DNA of 64,000 nucleotides, from contig CP174359.1 of NCBI GenBank assembly GCA_045401115.1, positions 213,691-277,690 on the forward strand. The letters are read 5' to 3'. The translations under genes and the position numbers were made by a program. Source of the stretch: Candidatus Phycocordibacter aenigmaticus. Its GTDB lineage: Bacteria; Patescibacteriota; Minisyncoccia; Phycocordibacterales; Phycocordibacteraceae. The notes beneath the pieces were generated by a model that worked only from the letters and a program-made list of their open reading frames with translations, had not been told where the DNA came from and did no database searches. This document shows, piece by piece, positions 48,359 through 57,156 of this stretch (its first letter is position 1; every line of letters starts with the position of its first letter).

Positions 48359-48535
48359 GTGTAGTGGTACACTATAAATAGGGTTGTTGGTTAGATTCAT
48401 TAACCACTGAAGAAAACCCTCGGGAGCCTTACATCAGCTGGCTCGGGATGCGCCTTTAGAGGCACCGATGAGTCTGTCTTGCGGGCACCCACCTAAGTAA
48501 TTAGGTTAATGAGGATTCCAATAGCCCTTGCATAA
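48359..48535 (+). ncRNA. candidate structured small RNA (long imperfect hairpin, 6S-like architecture) bounded by two terminators
   Basis: About 175 nt with no ORF. The 5' arm GGGTTGTTGG...TCATTAACC (48381-48405) pairs with the 3' arm GGTTAATGA...CCAATAGCCC (48505-48528), and it ends at the terminator at 48534-48565. Confidence 0.3.
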
Positions 48536-48591
48536 AAACCCGTCCTTTTCATTGGACGGGTTTTTATATAGGGATACGGTATACTATTTCT

Positions 48592-48975
48592 ATGAATAAT
48601 GCGCGCCAGCAATTGGTCCTCGCTGTCGTTCTTTTAGGACTCTCTATTGCGTTTCTCCAACACCTGGCGAGCATGTACTACCTGTATTGGATATTTTGGT
48701 GGTATGACATCATTATGCATCTCCTCGGTGGTGCGTTTGTGGCACTCTTATTTTTTTGGGCGCACCGCGCTTTCCCTGTGCTACCAATGAGCCGACAGCT
48801 ACTGTTCCCGGTCACACTACTGGTAGTGCTTATTATTGGGATATTGTGGGAAGTTTTTGAGTATGTCACTGGTTCATACGGAGCGGTTAATTACACACTT
48901 GATACCACGCTTGACCTTGCTATGGATATCGCTGGTATGATGAGTGCATATATCCTTTTCAAACGTTATGTCTGA
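48592..48975 (+). CDS. small polytopic membrane protein (VanZ-like pattern)
   Basis: 127 aa with 4 TM segments and D..H...G and EVFEY motifs. Confidence 0.45.
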   Translation: MNNARQQLVLAVVLLGLSIAFLQHLASMYYLYWIFWWYDIIMHLLGGAFVALLFFWAHRAFPVLPMSRQLLFPVTLLVVLIIGILWEVFEYVTGSYGAVNYTLDTTLDLAMDIAGMMSAYILFKRYV

Positions 48976-50338
48976 TCCATCTCTTTCGGTTACCTTTGTT
49001 GGCGGCGCACGGTCTGTGACCGGCGCACATTTTCTCGTTGAATCAAAAGAAAAAGGAAACACTACACGTATAGCAGTTGATTGTGGGTTGACGCAAGGGG
49101 AGCGTTTCTGTGAATCAACCAATGGCGAACCGTTTCCGTATGATGTCGCTACGCTTGATGCGGTATTTTTTACGCATGCCCATGCCGACCACATTGGCCG
49201 GTTTCCAAAATTGGTGAAAGATGGATTTCGTGGCGATGCGTACGCAACCCCACCAACTCGTGACCTCATGCCTATTATGCTTAAAGATAGTGTGTCTATT
49301 ATGGCGCGTGAAGCGAAAAGCTGTGGTGATACGCCACCATATACACAGGAGGATATGGAACAGGCAATCGGCTTATTAAAATCTCTCGAGTATACCGAAT
49401 CAGTTTCAGTTGGAAACCTTACTATCACCTTTTATAACGCCGGACATATCCTTGGATCAGCACTTATATTAGTGGAGACCAGTGAAAAACGTATCCTCTT
49501 TACCGGCGATCTTGGGCGTGAGTCGTCACTCATCGTAGCAAACCGAGAAATACCATCGGGACCTATTGATATGTTAGTGATTGATAGTGTGTATGGGAAC
49601 CGTGTTCATAACGACAGTGAGGAAAGTGAAGCAACACTGCTTGCCACTATACGTCGCGTACAGGAGAAAAAAGGTACCTTATTAATTCCATCTTTTTCTC
49701 TTGAACGAACACAAATCATCCTCGCGTTAATTGACCGGTTTGTAGAAAGCGGTAATCTTGAACCGCTACCAGTATTTCTTGATTCGCCATTGGCAATTCA
49801 AGTCACTGAACTTTATCGGAAATATACCAAATATTTGAATCCTGAAATGCAACAACGTATCGCTGCTGGTGATGACCCGTTTTCCTTCCCTTCATTTAAA
49901 ATGCTCTATAGCGCAGAAGATTCAAAAGAGGTGGACGATACGACACCCCCTAAGGTGGTCATTGCGGGCGCAGGCATGAGTCATGGTGGGCGTATCCGTA
50001 GTCACGAGACACACTACCTCCCAGGGGCGCAAAATGAGCTCCTATTGGTCGGATATCAGGTTCCTGGTAGTTTGGGCCGTCGCCTACAGGATGGGGCGCG
50101 TACAGTCACTATTAACAAAAAGAGTGTAAAAGTACGCGCCAAGGTGTCAAAGGTTGGTGGGTTCTCAGCACATGCCGACCGTGAGGGGCTCCTTTCCTTT
50201 GTAGAGGCGGTTAATCCAAAAGCGGTATCAGTAGTACTCGGTGAAATGGAATCAGCAAGTTTTTTTGCGCAAAGGGTAAATGGATTCTTGGGTATTGAGA
50301 CAAGTATTCCTCAGGTAGGAGAGTGTTTCGAAGTCTAA
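48971..50338 (+). CDS. MBL-fold beta-CASP family hydrolase (RNase J / CPSF-like nuclease)
   Basis: Metallo-beta-lactamase motif HAHADHIG plus downstream beta-CASP motifs. About 455 aa. Confidence 0.7.
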   Translation, partial: SDPSLSVTFVGGARSVTGAHFLVESKEKGNTTRIAVDCGLTQGERFCESTNGEPFPYDVATLDAVFFTHAHADHIGRFPKLVKDGFRGDAYATPPTRDLMPIMLKDSVSIMAREAKSCGDTPPYTQEDMEQAIGLLKSLEYTESVSVGNLTITFYNAGHILGSALILVETSEKRILFTGDLGRESSLIVANREIPSGPIDMLVIDSVYGNRVHNDSEESEATLLATIRRVQEKKGTLLIPSFSLERTQIILALIDRFVESGNLEPLPVFLDSPLAIQVTELYRKYTKYLNPEMQQRIAAGDDPFSFPSFKMLYSAEDSKEVDDTTPPKVVIAGAGMSHGGRIRSHETHYLPGAQNELLLVGYQVPGSLGRRLQDGARTVTINKKSVKVRAKVSKVGGFSAHADREGLLSFVEAVNPKAVSVVLGEMESASFFAQRVNGFLGIETSIPQVGECFEV

Positions 50339-50379
50339 CGTTGCTTTTTCATAGCATTTTGTTTACAGTGCCTTCTTAT

Positions 50380-50529
50380 ATGAACAGGCACGAAAAAAAG
50401 CATTACATCCCAAAAGACCGAGAGGGTCCAATGTCTGAAACATGGAATTGTGGGCATTGTGATACATGGGGGATTCCTATCACTGAATCTCGTTGCCCAG
50501 AGTGTGGTTGGTCACGAGTATCTAAATAG
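50380..50529 (+). CDS. small zinc-ribbon protein
   Basis: About 49 aa ending in CGHCDTWG...CPECGW (C-x2-C...C-x2-C). Followed by a terminator at 50535-50566. Confidence 0.4.
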   Translation: MNRHEKKHYIPKDREGPMSETWNCGHCDTWGIPITESRCPECGWSRVSK

Positions 50530-50578
50530 AAAAAATAAAACCGCCTAGATGGCGGTTTTATTTTTCAAGTCAAACTAT

Positions 50579-50929
50579 TTATTTTACGAGTGATTTCATC
50601 GTGCGTTCAAACACCTCAGGGTAGTGCTCAGCAAGGCGCGCAAGCACTGGGCGATTCAAATCAACACCTTTTTCCTTGAGTGATTTGATGAACGTTGAGT
50701 AGTTAGCAAAACCATTTTCGCGTACTCCGGCATTGACCTTCACAATAGCGGTACGGCGCATCACGCGTTTTTTATTCTTACGATCACGGAACATGTATGT
50801 CCGTGCTTTCAACAATGCTTCTTTAGCTGCTTTGGTTTTTTTGCTACGTGCAAAGCGAAAACCCTTTGCCGCTTTCAAGACATTACGTTTTGTTTTTTTC
50901 TTTATGATTCCTCGTTTTACTCGTGCCAT
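50579..50929 (-). CDS. rplT: 50S ribosomal protein L20
   Basis: Starts MARVKRG and is basic throughout, with the L20 pattern. Confidence 0.9.
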   Translation of the reverse strand: MARVKRGIIKKKTKRNVLKAAKGFRFARSKKTKAAKEALLKARTYMFRDRKNKKRVMRRTAIVKVNAGVRENGFANYSTFIKSLKEKGVDLNRPVLARLAEHYPEVFERTMKSLVK

Positions 50930-50959
50930 AGGTCGTTTTCGTTAGTTTCAGTATATAAA

Positions 50960-51145
50960 TTATGCACCCGGCAAGAAACGGGACTTTGCCTTATTGCTCA
51001 TAGTAATTGACGCATTCTTACGCTTTGCCGACTTTGCTTGTGAATTCTCTTTGGCATTGAAGTGGTTTTGTCCACTCTTACGCGCAATAAGCTTACCGGT
51101 TTTGGTAACGCGAATACGTTTCGTGAATGACTTGTTTGTTTTCAT
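50960..51145 (-). CDS. rpmI: 50S ribosomal protein L35
   Basis: 61 aa basic protein with KRIRVTKTGKLIARK. Confidence 0.8.
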   Translation of the reverse strand: MKTNKSFTKRIRVTKTGKLIARKSGQNHFNAKENSQAKSAKRKNASITMSNKAKSRFLPGA

Positions 51146-51152
51146 AGTAGTG

Positions 51153-51815
51153 CTATTTCTGTGATTCGCTTGAGCCGTCAGATTCTGAAGAAGTAGATTC
51201 TTTTACCAGATCTTCTGCTCCCTCTTTTTTCTGCGCAGGTTCTTTTTTATCCTTATCAGCAGCTTTCTTACTAGCGCGTTCAAGGATGATATAGAAACCT
51301 TTAGGTCCTTTTTTAACGTCCTCGGCAATTTTATATTCCTCAGGAACGGAAAGCACAAATCGGTTCAAGCGCTCTTTAAGGAACGCTGATTCCATGTATT
51401 TGTACCGACCTTTTAGAAAGAGCTCAATTTTTACCCGGTGCCCCTCTCGGAGCCAGCTGGCGGTTTGGCGAGCCTTGCGAATCAAGTCATGCTCTCCAGT
51501 AACCACCTCAACCTGTATAGACTTGGTCTCAGTCGTATGCGCCTTCTGTTTTGCAGCACTCGCCTTTTTCTGCAGGTCGTACTGAAATTTACCATAATCA
51601 GCGATTTTCGCAATCGGTGGCTTTGCTTTAGGTGAAACTTCAATAAGATCAAGCCCTGCTTCCTGAGCTTTTACAATCGCTTCTTCAGTCTGCATAACGC
51701 CCAAATTGTCTCCGTCTTCGGTAACCACACGTACCTCAGGTACGCGAATTTGCCCGTTTATGCGAATCCGCTCTTCACGTTTAACAAGCTTTCTATTCTT
51801 TTTTTTAGTTCGGAT
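51153..51815 (-). CDS. infC: translation initiation factor IF-3 (5' end uncertain, no in-frame ATG, probable AUA/AUC-class start)
   Basis: IF-3 homology extends upstream of the track ATG (RINGQIRVPEVRVVTEDGDNLGVM). The open frame continues to a TAA near 51870 without an ATG. Confidence 0.8.
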   Translation of the reverse strand: MRTKKKNRKLVKREERIRINGQIRVPEVRVVTEDGDNLGVMQTEEAIVKAQEAGLDLIEVSPKAKPPIAKIADYGKFQYDLQKKASAAKQKAHTTETKSIQVEVVTGEHDLIRKARQTASWLREGHRVKIELFLKGRYKYMESAFLKERLNRFVLSVPEEYKIAEDVKKGPKGFYIILERASKKAADKDKKEPAQKKEGAEDLVKESTSSESDGSSESQK

Positions 51816-51930
51816 AGCTATATGAGAGTAGTGTACGTATTTTTTAGCCTTTTTGCAAGGGGCACCGGCGAGAAAAAGGTTATTTTACGCTTTAAATATG
51901 CTGTCGCCTTTATACCACCTCCATAAAAAT

Positions 51931-51962
51931 AAACGGCTCACCCCGGTGAGCCGTTTAGCAAA
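51931..51962 (-). terminator. hairpin AAACGGCTCACCCCGGTGAGCCGTTTAG (repeated hairpin family) downstream of the DUF4389 gene
   Basis: Same GGCTCA/TGAGCC stem as the hairpins at 24258 and 57064. Confidence 0.5.
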
Positions 51963-51999
51963 TAGCGAGGTCGGTCCTCGCTATTGAGGTACCTTTCCT

Positions 52000-52365
52000 T
52001 TATTTAAGCGAAAACGGTGGGTAGGTGTCGGTAAGCCCCAGGAGGTACAGGTTCGCACGTGTCTGCCACTGAAAGAACCCTTTTACTAGTTCAAACAAGC
52101 CTGTTGGGTATCGTCCCGTAAAAAGGACAGCAACTTGGGCGATGAGTGCCACAACCATGGCGATAATACCCAGGAAGTACAGAATGATGAAGTGGGGGAT
52201 AAGGATAATCAGCTTCGGGATCATAAAGAGAAGTGTAGCCACTGCCAATGCCCGCGACGACTTCTTAGGGTGAGGCACTAGTAAATGAACGGGATGTTCT
52301 GGCAGTTCTGCCTCTCGCTCCTGCTCTTGTTCAACTATATGTTGTGTTTCGTTTTGTTCTGTCAT
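52000..52365 (-). CDS. DUF4389-like membrane protein
   Basis: 121 aa with 2 TM segments and the C-terminal motif GRYPTGLFELVKGFFQW...TDTYPPFSL. Confidence 0.6.
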   Translation of the reverse strand: MTEQNETQHIVEQEQEREAELPEHPVHLLVPHPKKSSRALAVATLLFMIPKLIILIPHFIILYFLGIIAMVVALIAQVAVLFTGRYPTGLFELVKGFFQWQTRANLYLLGLTDTYPPFSLK

Positions 52366-53033
52366 ATAGGGGCATTATAGCAGGGGAGGGAGAGCTCAAA
52401 GTAAAAATCTCAAGGACCGACCTTGAGATTTTTATTCGTTTTTCAACCACATCCGCCACCTCAAATGTTTTTTGGGTAATTTTTATTGTTAGGCTGAGTT
52501 TTTTGAAACTTGGTTCCATTCTCGCTCTTGTCGTCGTCGGTCGCGTTTTGGTGCACTCCATGGCGCTCTTTCGATTTTAGCTGCCTGGAGAATTGCACGC
52601 ACAATTGCGTGTAAGCCTTTAAAACTTACTCTGAAAGGTGTAAGAATCGCTTCACTATGAGAAGACGGGTGTGATAAGTGGTGTTTTTCTTTAATAGACA
52701 TAATTCAGTTTAAATATATTAAGTTACTCTTTAATGAGGATAATGTAACAATCTTATATTTTTGTCAAATATGGGGCGTGTATATATTTTATACACCTTC
52801 GGCGTAAAAAAGTATGGGCACCGCTGGACGCGGCTCGGCTTTTCATTTTCACCAGCAACTCAGCGAAAATGAAATATGCCTGCGACATTGTTTTGTTATG
52901 ATCGAAGGGAATTAGAAAACAAGAAGTGCCCTTGTGGTGCGCCGGTTCGTTACCCACGAAAGCAAAGCAGTTTGCTTTCTCTCACCTCCTCAATAAGAAA
53001 AACCGCCTGCCAGGCGGTTTCATTGGTGGAGGT

Positions 53034-53417
53034 GGGGGGTAACGAACCCCCGTCCAAAAAATTTCTTGCATTATGACTCTACAAAACATAGTTCGCTTTC
53101 AAAGGTTTAAATATCGTGTGTATAAAGCGAACCAAATCGCACGGTATCGAGTTCTTAATTTTCGAGAAAGAGGCGAACAATTTCTTTCCGTATCCTGATG
53201 AATATAACACCACCGTTCCCGTATCAGGAGTCAAAGAAGGTGATGTCACTTAGGCCGTAGCGTAAGCGAACTGGAAGTCCTTAGCAGTAAAGTAAGGGCT
53301 TACAGCATTTTTTACAGCGTTTGCACGTTGTAGTTACTCGAGGTTTTAGGTGTTCTCCAGTATTCACCGTTTTGCACATAATGTTTCCATTTCTTGTCGA
53401 AACGTAAGTCACCCCCC
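53034..53417 (-). ncRNA. ssrA: tmRNA (transfer-messenger RNA)
   Basis: The minus-strand 5' end GGGGGUGACUUACGUUUCGACAAG pairs with the 3' end GGACGGGGGUUCGUUACCCCCCACCUCCACCA to form a tRNA-like acceptor and T-arm. An internal tag frame ends FAYATA-UAA. It sits beside smpB and is followed by the terminator hairpin at 53008-53031. Confidence 0.8.
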
Positions 53418-53523
53418 GAACCCCATCGTGCGATTGCGCAGAGCACGAGAACTAACCTCAGTGCGCTGTGCAAAAATGCGGTACCCAAAAGGTGCCATGC
53501 ACGATGAGGTTCGGCGAGTGACT

Positions 53524-53967
53524 TTATTGATTTTTCAAGGTGCGCTCAATGTCGCGTTTCGTATCTCGCTCTTTGAGTGTCTGTCGCTTATCATACTTCT
53601 TTTTTCGTCGCGCGACCACCACTTCAAGCTTGATTTTTCCGGATTTATTATACCACTTTTTAGGGATTACTGTCAAACCCTTCTTACGCTCTATTTCAGC
53701 GATTTCAGCAATTTCTTTTCGGTTCAACAATAAACGGCGTGGGCGCTCAGGGTCGTACCCTTTTGGCACGTTCGCAGCTTGGTACGGGGGAATAGTGGTG
53801 CCCGTAAGAAATGCCTCAGCGCCACGTACCAGCACTCGTGCACCCTCAAGGTTCCCTAAACCATTTCGGAGGGCCTTTACTTCAAAGCCGTGCAACTCAG
53901 CACCTGCTTCGAAGGTTTCGAGTATTTCATACTCGAGTGCTATTTTTTTGTTTGCAATTAATGCCAT
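53524..53967 (-). CDS. smpB: SsrA-binding protein SmpB
   Basis: 147 aa containing GFEVKALRNG and a basic C-terminal tail. Confidence 0.85.
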   Translation of the reverse strand: MALIANKKIALEYEILETFEAGAELHGFEVKALRNGLGNLEGARVLVRGAEAFLTGTTIPPYQAANVPKGYDPERPRRLLLNRKEIAEIAEIERKKGLTVIPKKWYNKSGKIKLEVVVARRKKKYDKRQTLKERDTKRDIERTLKNQ

Positions 53968-54031
53968 ACATGTCTAAAGCTATCCCGTTTTACATTTATT
54001 GTATAGGTACTTCTCATGTATAATACCTCGC

Positions 54032-56023
54032 ATGGGAGACACTCCAAAAAAGAAAAAAGACACACCGCGCGGTTCAAAGGGCGGAAAGCAGGGGAATAAA
54101 AAAATGCCCTACCTGCCAAAGCAGTTACAAGGACTTGCTTCAAGCGCGGGTAAAACGAAAAAGAAAGCCGGTTTTCTTGGTGGTTGGCCAAGTACCGTGC
54201 TTATCGTTATTTTATTGATACTCAGCATTAACATTCTCTTTAACGATACGTCTGAAACAGAAGACATTTCACTTTCGGTACTCGCTGGTGATATTCGCCA
54301 AGAGAAAGTGGATGAAATTATTATTGCCGGTAACCGCCTTACCGCAACCTATAAAGACGGCACAGAAAAAGAGGGGCGCAAAGAAGTTGACGCCGCACTT
54401 TCAGAAACATTGGTTAACTATGGCGTCACCGCCGAAGAGCTCGCGTCAGTTGCTATTGAGGTCCAGAACGAAAGTGGGTTCCGGTACTGGTTCTTCTCAT
54501 TGGCGCCTATCATGCTACCGCTCTTGTTGATTGTGGTATTTATTTGGTATTTAACACGCCAAGTGCGTGGTTCAGGCATGCAGGCCTTTAGTTTTGGACA
54601 ATCCAAAGCACGTCTTATTGATCCGAAAGATAAATCAACCCGTATTACGTTCTCTGACGTTGCTGGTGCAAAAGAAGCAAAAGAAGAATTAACTGAAATT
54701 GTCGACTTCCTTAAGAATCCGAAGAAGTTCCTTGATATCGGTGCACGTATTCCGAAAGGCGTGATGCTGATGGGCGCGCCTGGTACGGGTAAAACATTGC
54801 TTGCCCGTGCGGTAGCCGGTGAAGCAGGGGTACCGTTTTTCTCTATCTCAGGTTCTGAGTTTGTAGAAATGTTTGTCGGTGTCGGTGCCAGCCGTGTGCG
54901 CGATCTCTTTAAAATGGCAAAAATGTCAGCACCCGCTATTATTTTTGTAGATGAAATTGATGCTGTCGGTCGCGTCCGTGGCACCGGTGTTGGTGGGGGA
55001 AATGATGAACGTGAACAAACACTGAACCAAATCCTCGTTGAAATGGACGGTTTTGAACCGTCAGAGAAAGTCATTATCATGGCAGCAACCAACCGCCCTG
55101 ATGTGCTTGATCCGGCGCTGTTGCGTCCGGGACGGTTTGATCGTCGCGTTATGATTGACCTACCTGACCGTGATGGTCGTGAAGAAATTTTGAAAATTCA
55201 TGCGCGCAAAAAGCCGCTCGCTGAAGATGTAAAAATGCGTACCATTGCTGAGCGTACACCAGGCTTCTCAGGTGCTGACCTGCAGAACTTAATGAACGAA
55301 GCGGCGATTCTCGCTGCACGCGAAGACCGCAAGAAAGTTGCACAGTTTGACTTGGTACGCTCTATTGAAAAAGTGATGCTTGGTCCGGAGCGTAAAACGC
55401 ACGTACTCGGCAAAAAAGAAAAAGAAATTACCGCATACCACGAAGCAGGACATGCCCTCGTTGCCAGCGTGCTTCCATACGCCGACCCCGTACATAAAAT
55501 TTCAGTTATCTCACGTGGACACGCGGCAGGGTACACACTCAAACTTCCGTTTGAAGATAAACGCATGCAATCAAAGAAAGAGTTCCTTGATGACATCGCG
55601 GTATCACTCGGCGGTTATGTAGCTGAGCAAATGATTTTTGATGACTTAACTACTGGCCCATCAAACGACCTTCAGGTGCTCACCGCACTTGCACGCAATA
55701 TGGTGACTAAGTACGGTATGAGTGAATCACTCGGCCCGGTAGCGCTTGAAGGCGAAGGCGGCAAAGCACTCTTTGGTCGCGGTCCATCAGAGAAAGAATA
55801 CTCTCAGGAAGTGTCAGCGCGTATTGATAGTGAAGTAACGCGTATCATTAATGAGGCACACGATAAGGCTGTACACGTTCTTAAGGAACACCGCGGGCTT
55901 CTTGATGCAATCGCGAAGCGGTTGGTTGAAGACGAAACACTTGAACGTGACGAGTTTGAAAAACTACTCGTGCTTCATGGCGTTGAACCAAAGAAAAAAC
56001 AGGACATTGAACACCAAGTGTAG
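54032..56023 (+). CDS. ftsH: ATP-dependent zinc metalloprotease FtsH
   Basis: Two TM segments, AAA module ([23 protein letters not shown], the second region of homology), HEAGHAL zinc motif and a basic N-terminal extension. Confidence 0.9.
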   Translation: MGDTPKKKKDTPRGSKGGKQGNKKMPYLPKQLQGLASSAGKTKKKAGFLGGWPSTVLIVILLILSINILFNDTSETEDISLSVLAGDIRQEKVDEIIIAGNRLTATYKDGTEKEGRKEVDAALSETLVNYGVTAEELASVAIEVQNESGFRYWFFSLAPIMLPLLLIVVFIWYLTRQVRGSGMQAFSFGQSKARLIDPKDKSTRITFSDVAGAKEAKEELTEIVDFLKNPKKFLDIGARIPKGVMLMGAPGTGKTLLARAVAGEAGVPFFSISGSEFVEMFVGVGASRVRDLFKMAKMSAPAIIFVDEIDAVGRVRGTGVGGGNDEREQTLNQILVEMDGFEPSEKVIIMAATNRPDVLDPALLRPGRFDRRVMIDLPDRDGREEILKIHARKKPLAEDVKMRTIAERTPGFSGADLQNLMNEAAILAAREDRKKVAQFDLVRSIEKVMLGPERKTHVLGKKEKEITAYHEAGHALVASVLPYADPVHKISVISRGHAAGYTLKLPFEDKRMQSKKEFLDDIAVSLGGYVAEQMIFDDLTTGPSNDLQVLTALARNMVTKYGMSESLGPVALEGEGGKALFGRGPSEKEYSQEVSARIDSEVTRIINEAHDKAVHVLKEHRGLLDAIAKRLVEDETLERDEFEKLLVLHGVEPKKKQDIEHQV

Positions 56024-56119
56024 GGAATATAGTTTTGCACAGTGCGCCGCACAGTCTTCTTTATACGTTTTACTATAAGAATAGGTCGATTAGTAGTAGT
56101 GTAAAAACATTTTACGACT

Positions 56120-56569
56120 ATGATTCAAAAACTTGCGTGGGTGTTTGGTGCCGTATTTCTCGCGGTCGGCGTACTCGGTTTTGTGCCGGGTATCACCACT
56201 GACGGACATCTCCTCGGTATTTTTGAGGTTGATGCGGTGCACAATATCATCCATCTCCTCACTGGTCTTATCTTTGTATGGGGCGCGCTTGCCTCAGCAA
56301 GCACATCACAAATGGTGTTCAAGGTAGTCGGTGTTGTGTACGCGCTCGTTGCTATTATTGGCTTCGTACAAGGCGACACAGTGCTCGGACTTATTGCAAC
56401 AAATATGGCAGACCATGTGCTCCATGTTGTGCTTGCAGTGGCGATTCTATACATTGGCTTTGGTATGAAGAGCTCAGGCTCAGCAATGCCAGAAATGGAA
56501 ACGCCAAGCGAACCAATGGAGGCTGACATGGGTGAAAATACGCCTGGAGATCAACCACCACGCGTTTAA
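56120..56569 (+). CDS. DUF4383-like small membrane protein
   Basis: 149 aa with 4 TM segments and GFVPG...HNIIHLLTG motifs. Terminator at 56592-56626. Confidence 0.5.
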   Translation: MIQKLAWVFGAVFLAVGVLGFVPGITTDGHLLGIFEVDAVHNIIHLLTGLIFVWGALASASTSQMVFKVVGVVYALVAIIGFVQGDTVLGLIATNMADHVLHVVLAVAILYIGFGMKSSGSAMPEMETPSEPMEADMGENTPGDQPPRV

Positions 56570-56814
56570 ACACGCGACAACTCTCATTTACAAAACCCCA
56601 TCCAAAGATGGGGTTTTGTTTTTTGGTAAAGAGGGTTATATAGTAAGGGGGTTCACATGAAGGAAATGTGGGCAGTTCCACCCGTAAGCATAGCTTGCGG
56701 GTGGGGCGTGGTAAGGCAATACACTACCTTTTTTACTGCGCGTCGAAGTAATTAGTGAGCGAGCTCCCTATTACTTCTTGCTTGTAAAAACCGTGTATTG
56801 CGCTGAAGCATTAT

Positions 56815-56888
56815 CCACCCGTAGCTCAGTTGGTAGTAGCACCGAGCTTATATCTCGGCGGTCCCTGGTTCGAGTCCAGGCGGGTGGA
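56815..56888 (+). tRNA. tRNA-Ile, anticodon UAU (AUA-decoding), no encoded CCA
   Basis: Cloverleaf with acceptor CCACCCG/CGGGTGG, U8 and A9, anticodon stem CCGAG/CTCGG, loop CTTATAT, T-arm CCTGG-TTCGAGT-CCAGG and discriminator A. Confidence 0.65.
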
Positions 56889-56928
56889 CATGTAAATAAA
56901 AGCAGTGCGTTTGCACTGCTTTTTTGAA

Positions 56929-57062
56929 TGCCACCCGCCTGGACTCGAACCCGTAGGGGGTCGGGGCGGCGGAACGCCCCCGTGGAGGAGGTTACACGGA
57001 ACCGTGGGTTCCGTGAGCGCAGGCGAGAATACTAGCCAGCAGTGAGATTACAGGCGGGTGAA
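56929..57062. repeat. inverted copy of the last 22 nt of tRNA-Ile (56931-56955) plus a GC-rich 110-nt segment closed by an 11-bp inverted repeat (CACCCGCCTG/CAGGCGGGTG)
   Basis: GGGTTCGAGTCCAGGCGGGTGG on the minus strand matches the tRNA T-arm and acceptor 3' half. It does not fold as a complete tRNA. Confidence 0.5.
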
Positions 57063-57156
57063 ATAAACGGCTCAATCCATTGAGCCGTTTATTTCATCCT
57101 AAAACACTATGGTATAACGTAGTGTTTTAGGAATATAAAGGACAGTCCTTTATATT

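Noticed and set aside
52876-53076. 66-aa plus-strand ORF
   Set aside because: It overlaps the 3' end of tmRNA and its terminator on the opposite strand. tmRNA assignment is much better supported.
54418-56529. Minus-strand ORFs inside ftsH and the DUF4383 gene, plus plus-strand ORFs 56133-56526
   Set aside because: They overlap well-supported genes in other frames and have no motifs.
56929-57062. Possible second tRNA gene on the minus strand next to tRNA-Ile
   Set aside because: Only the last ~22 nt match a tRNA. There is no D-arm or anticodon arm, and the would-be T-stem does not pair. It is treated as an inverted partial copy or structured element, not a tRNA.
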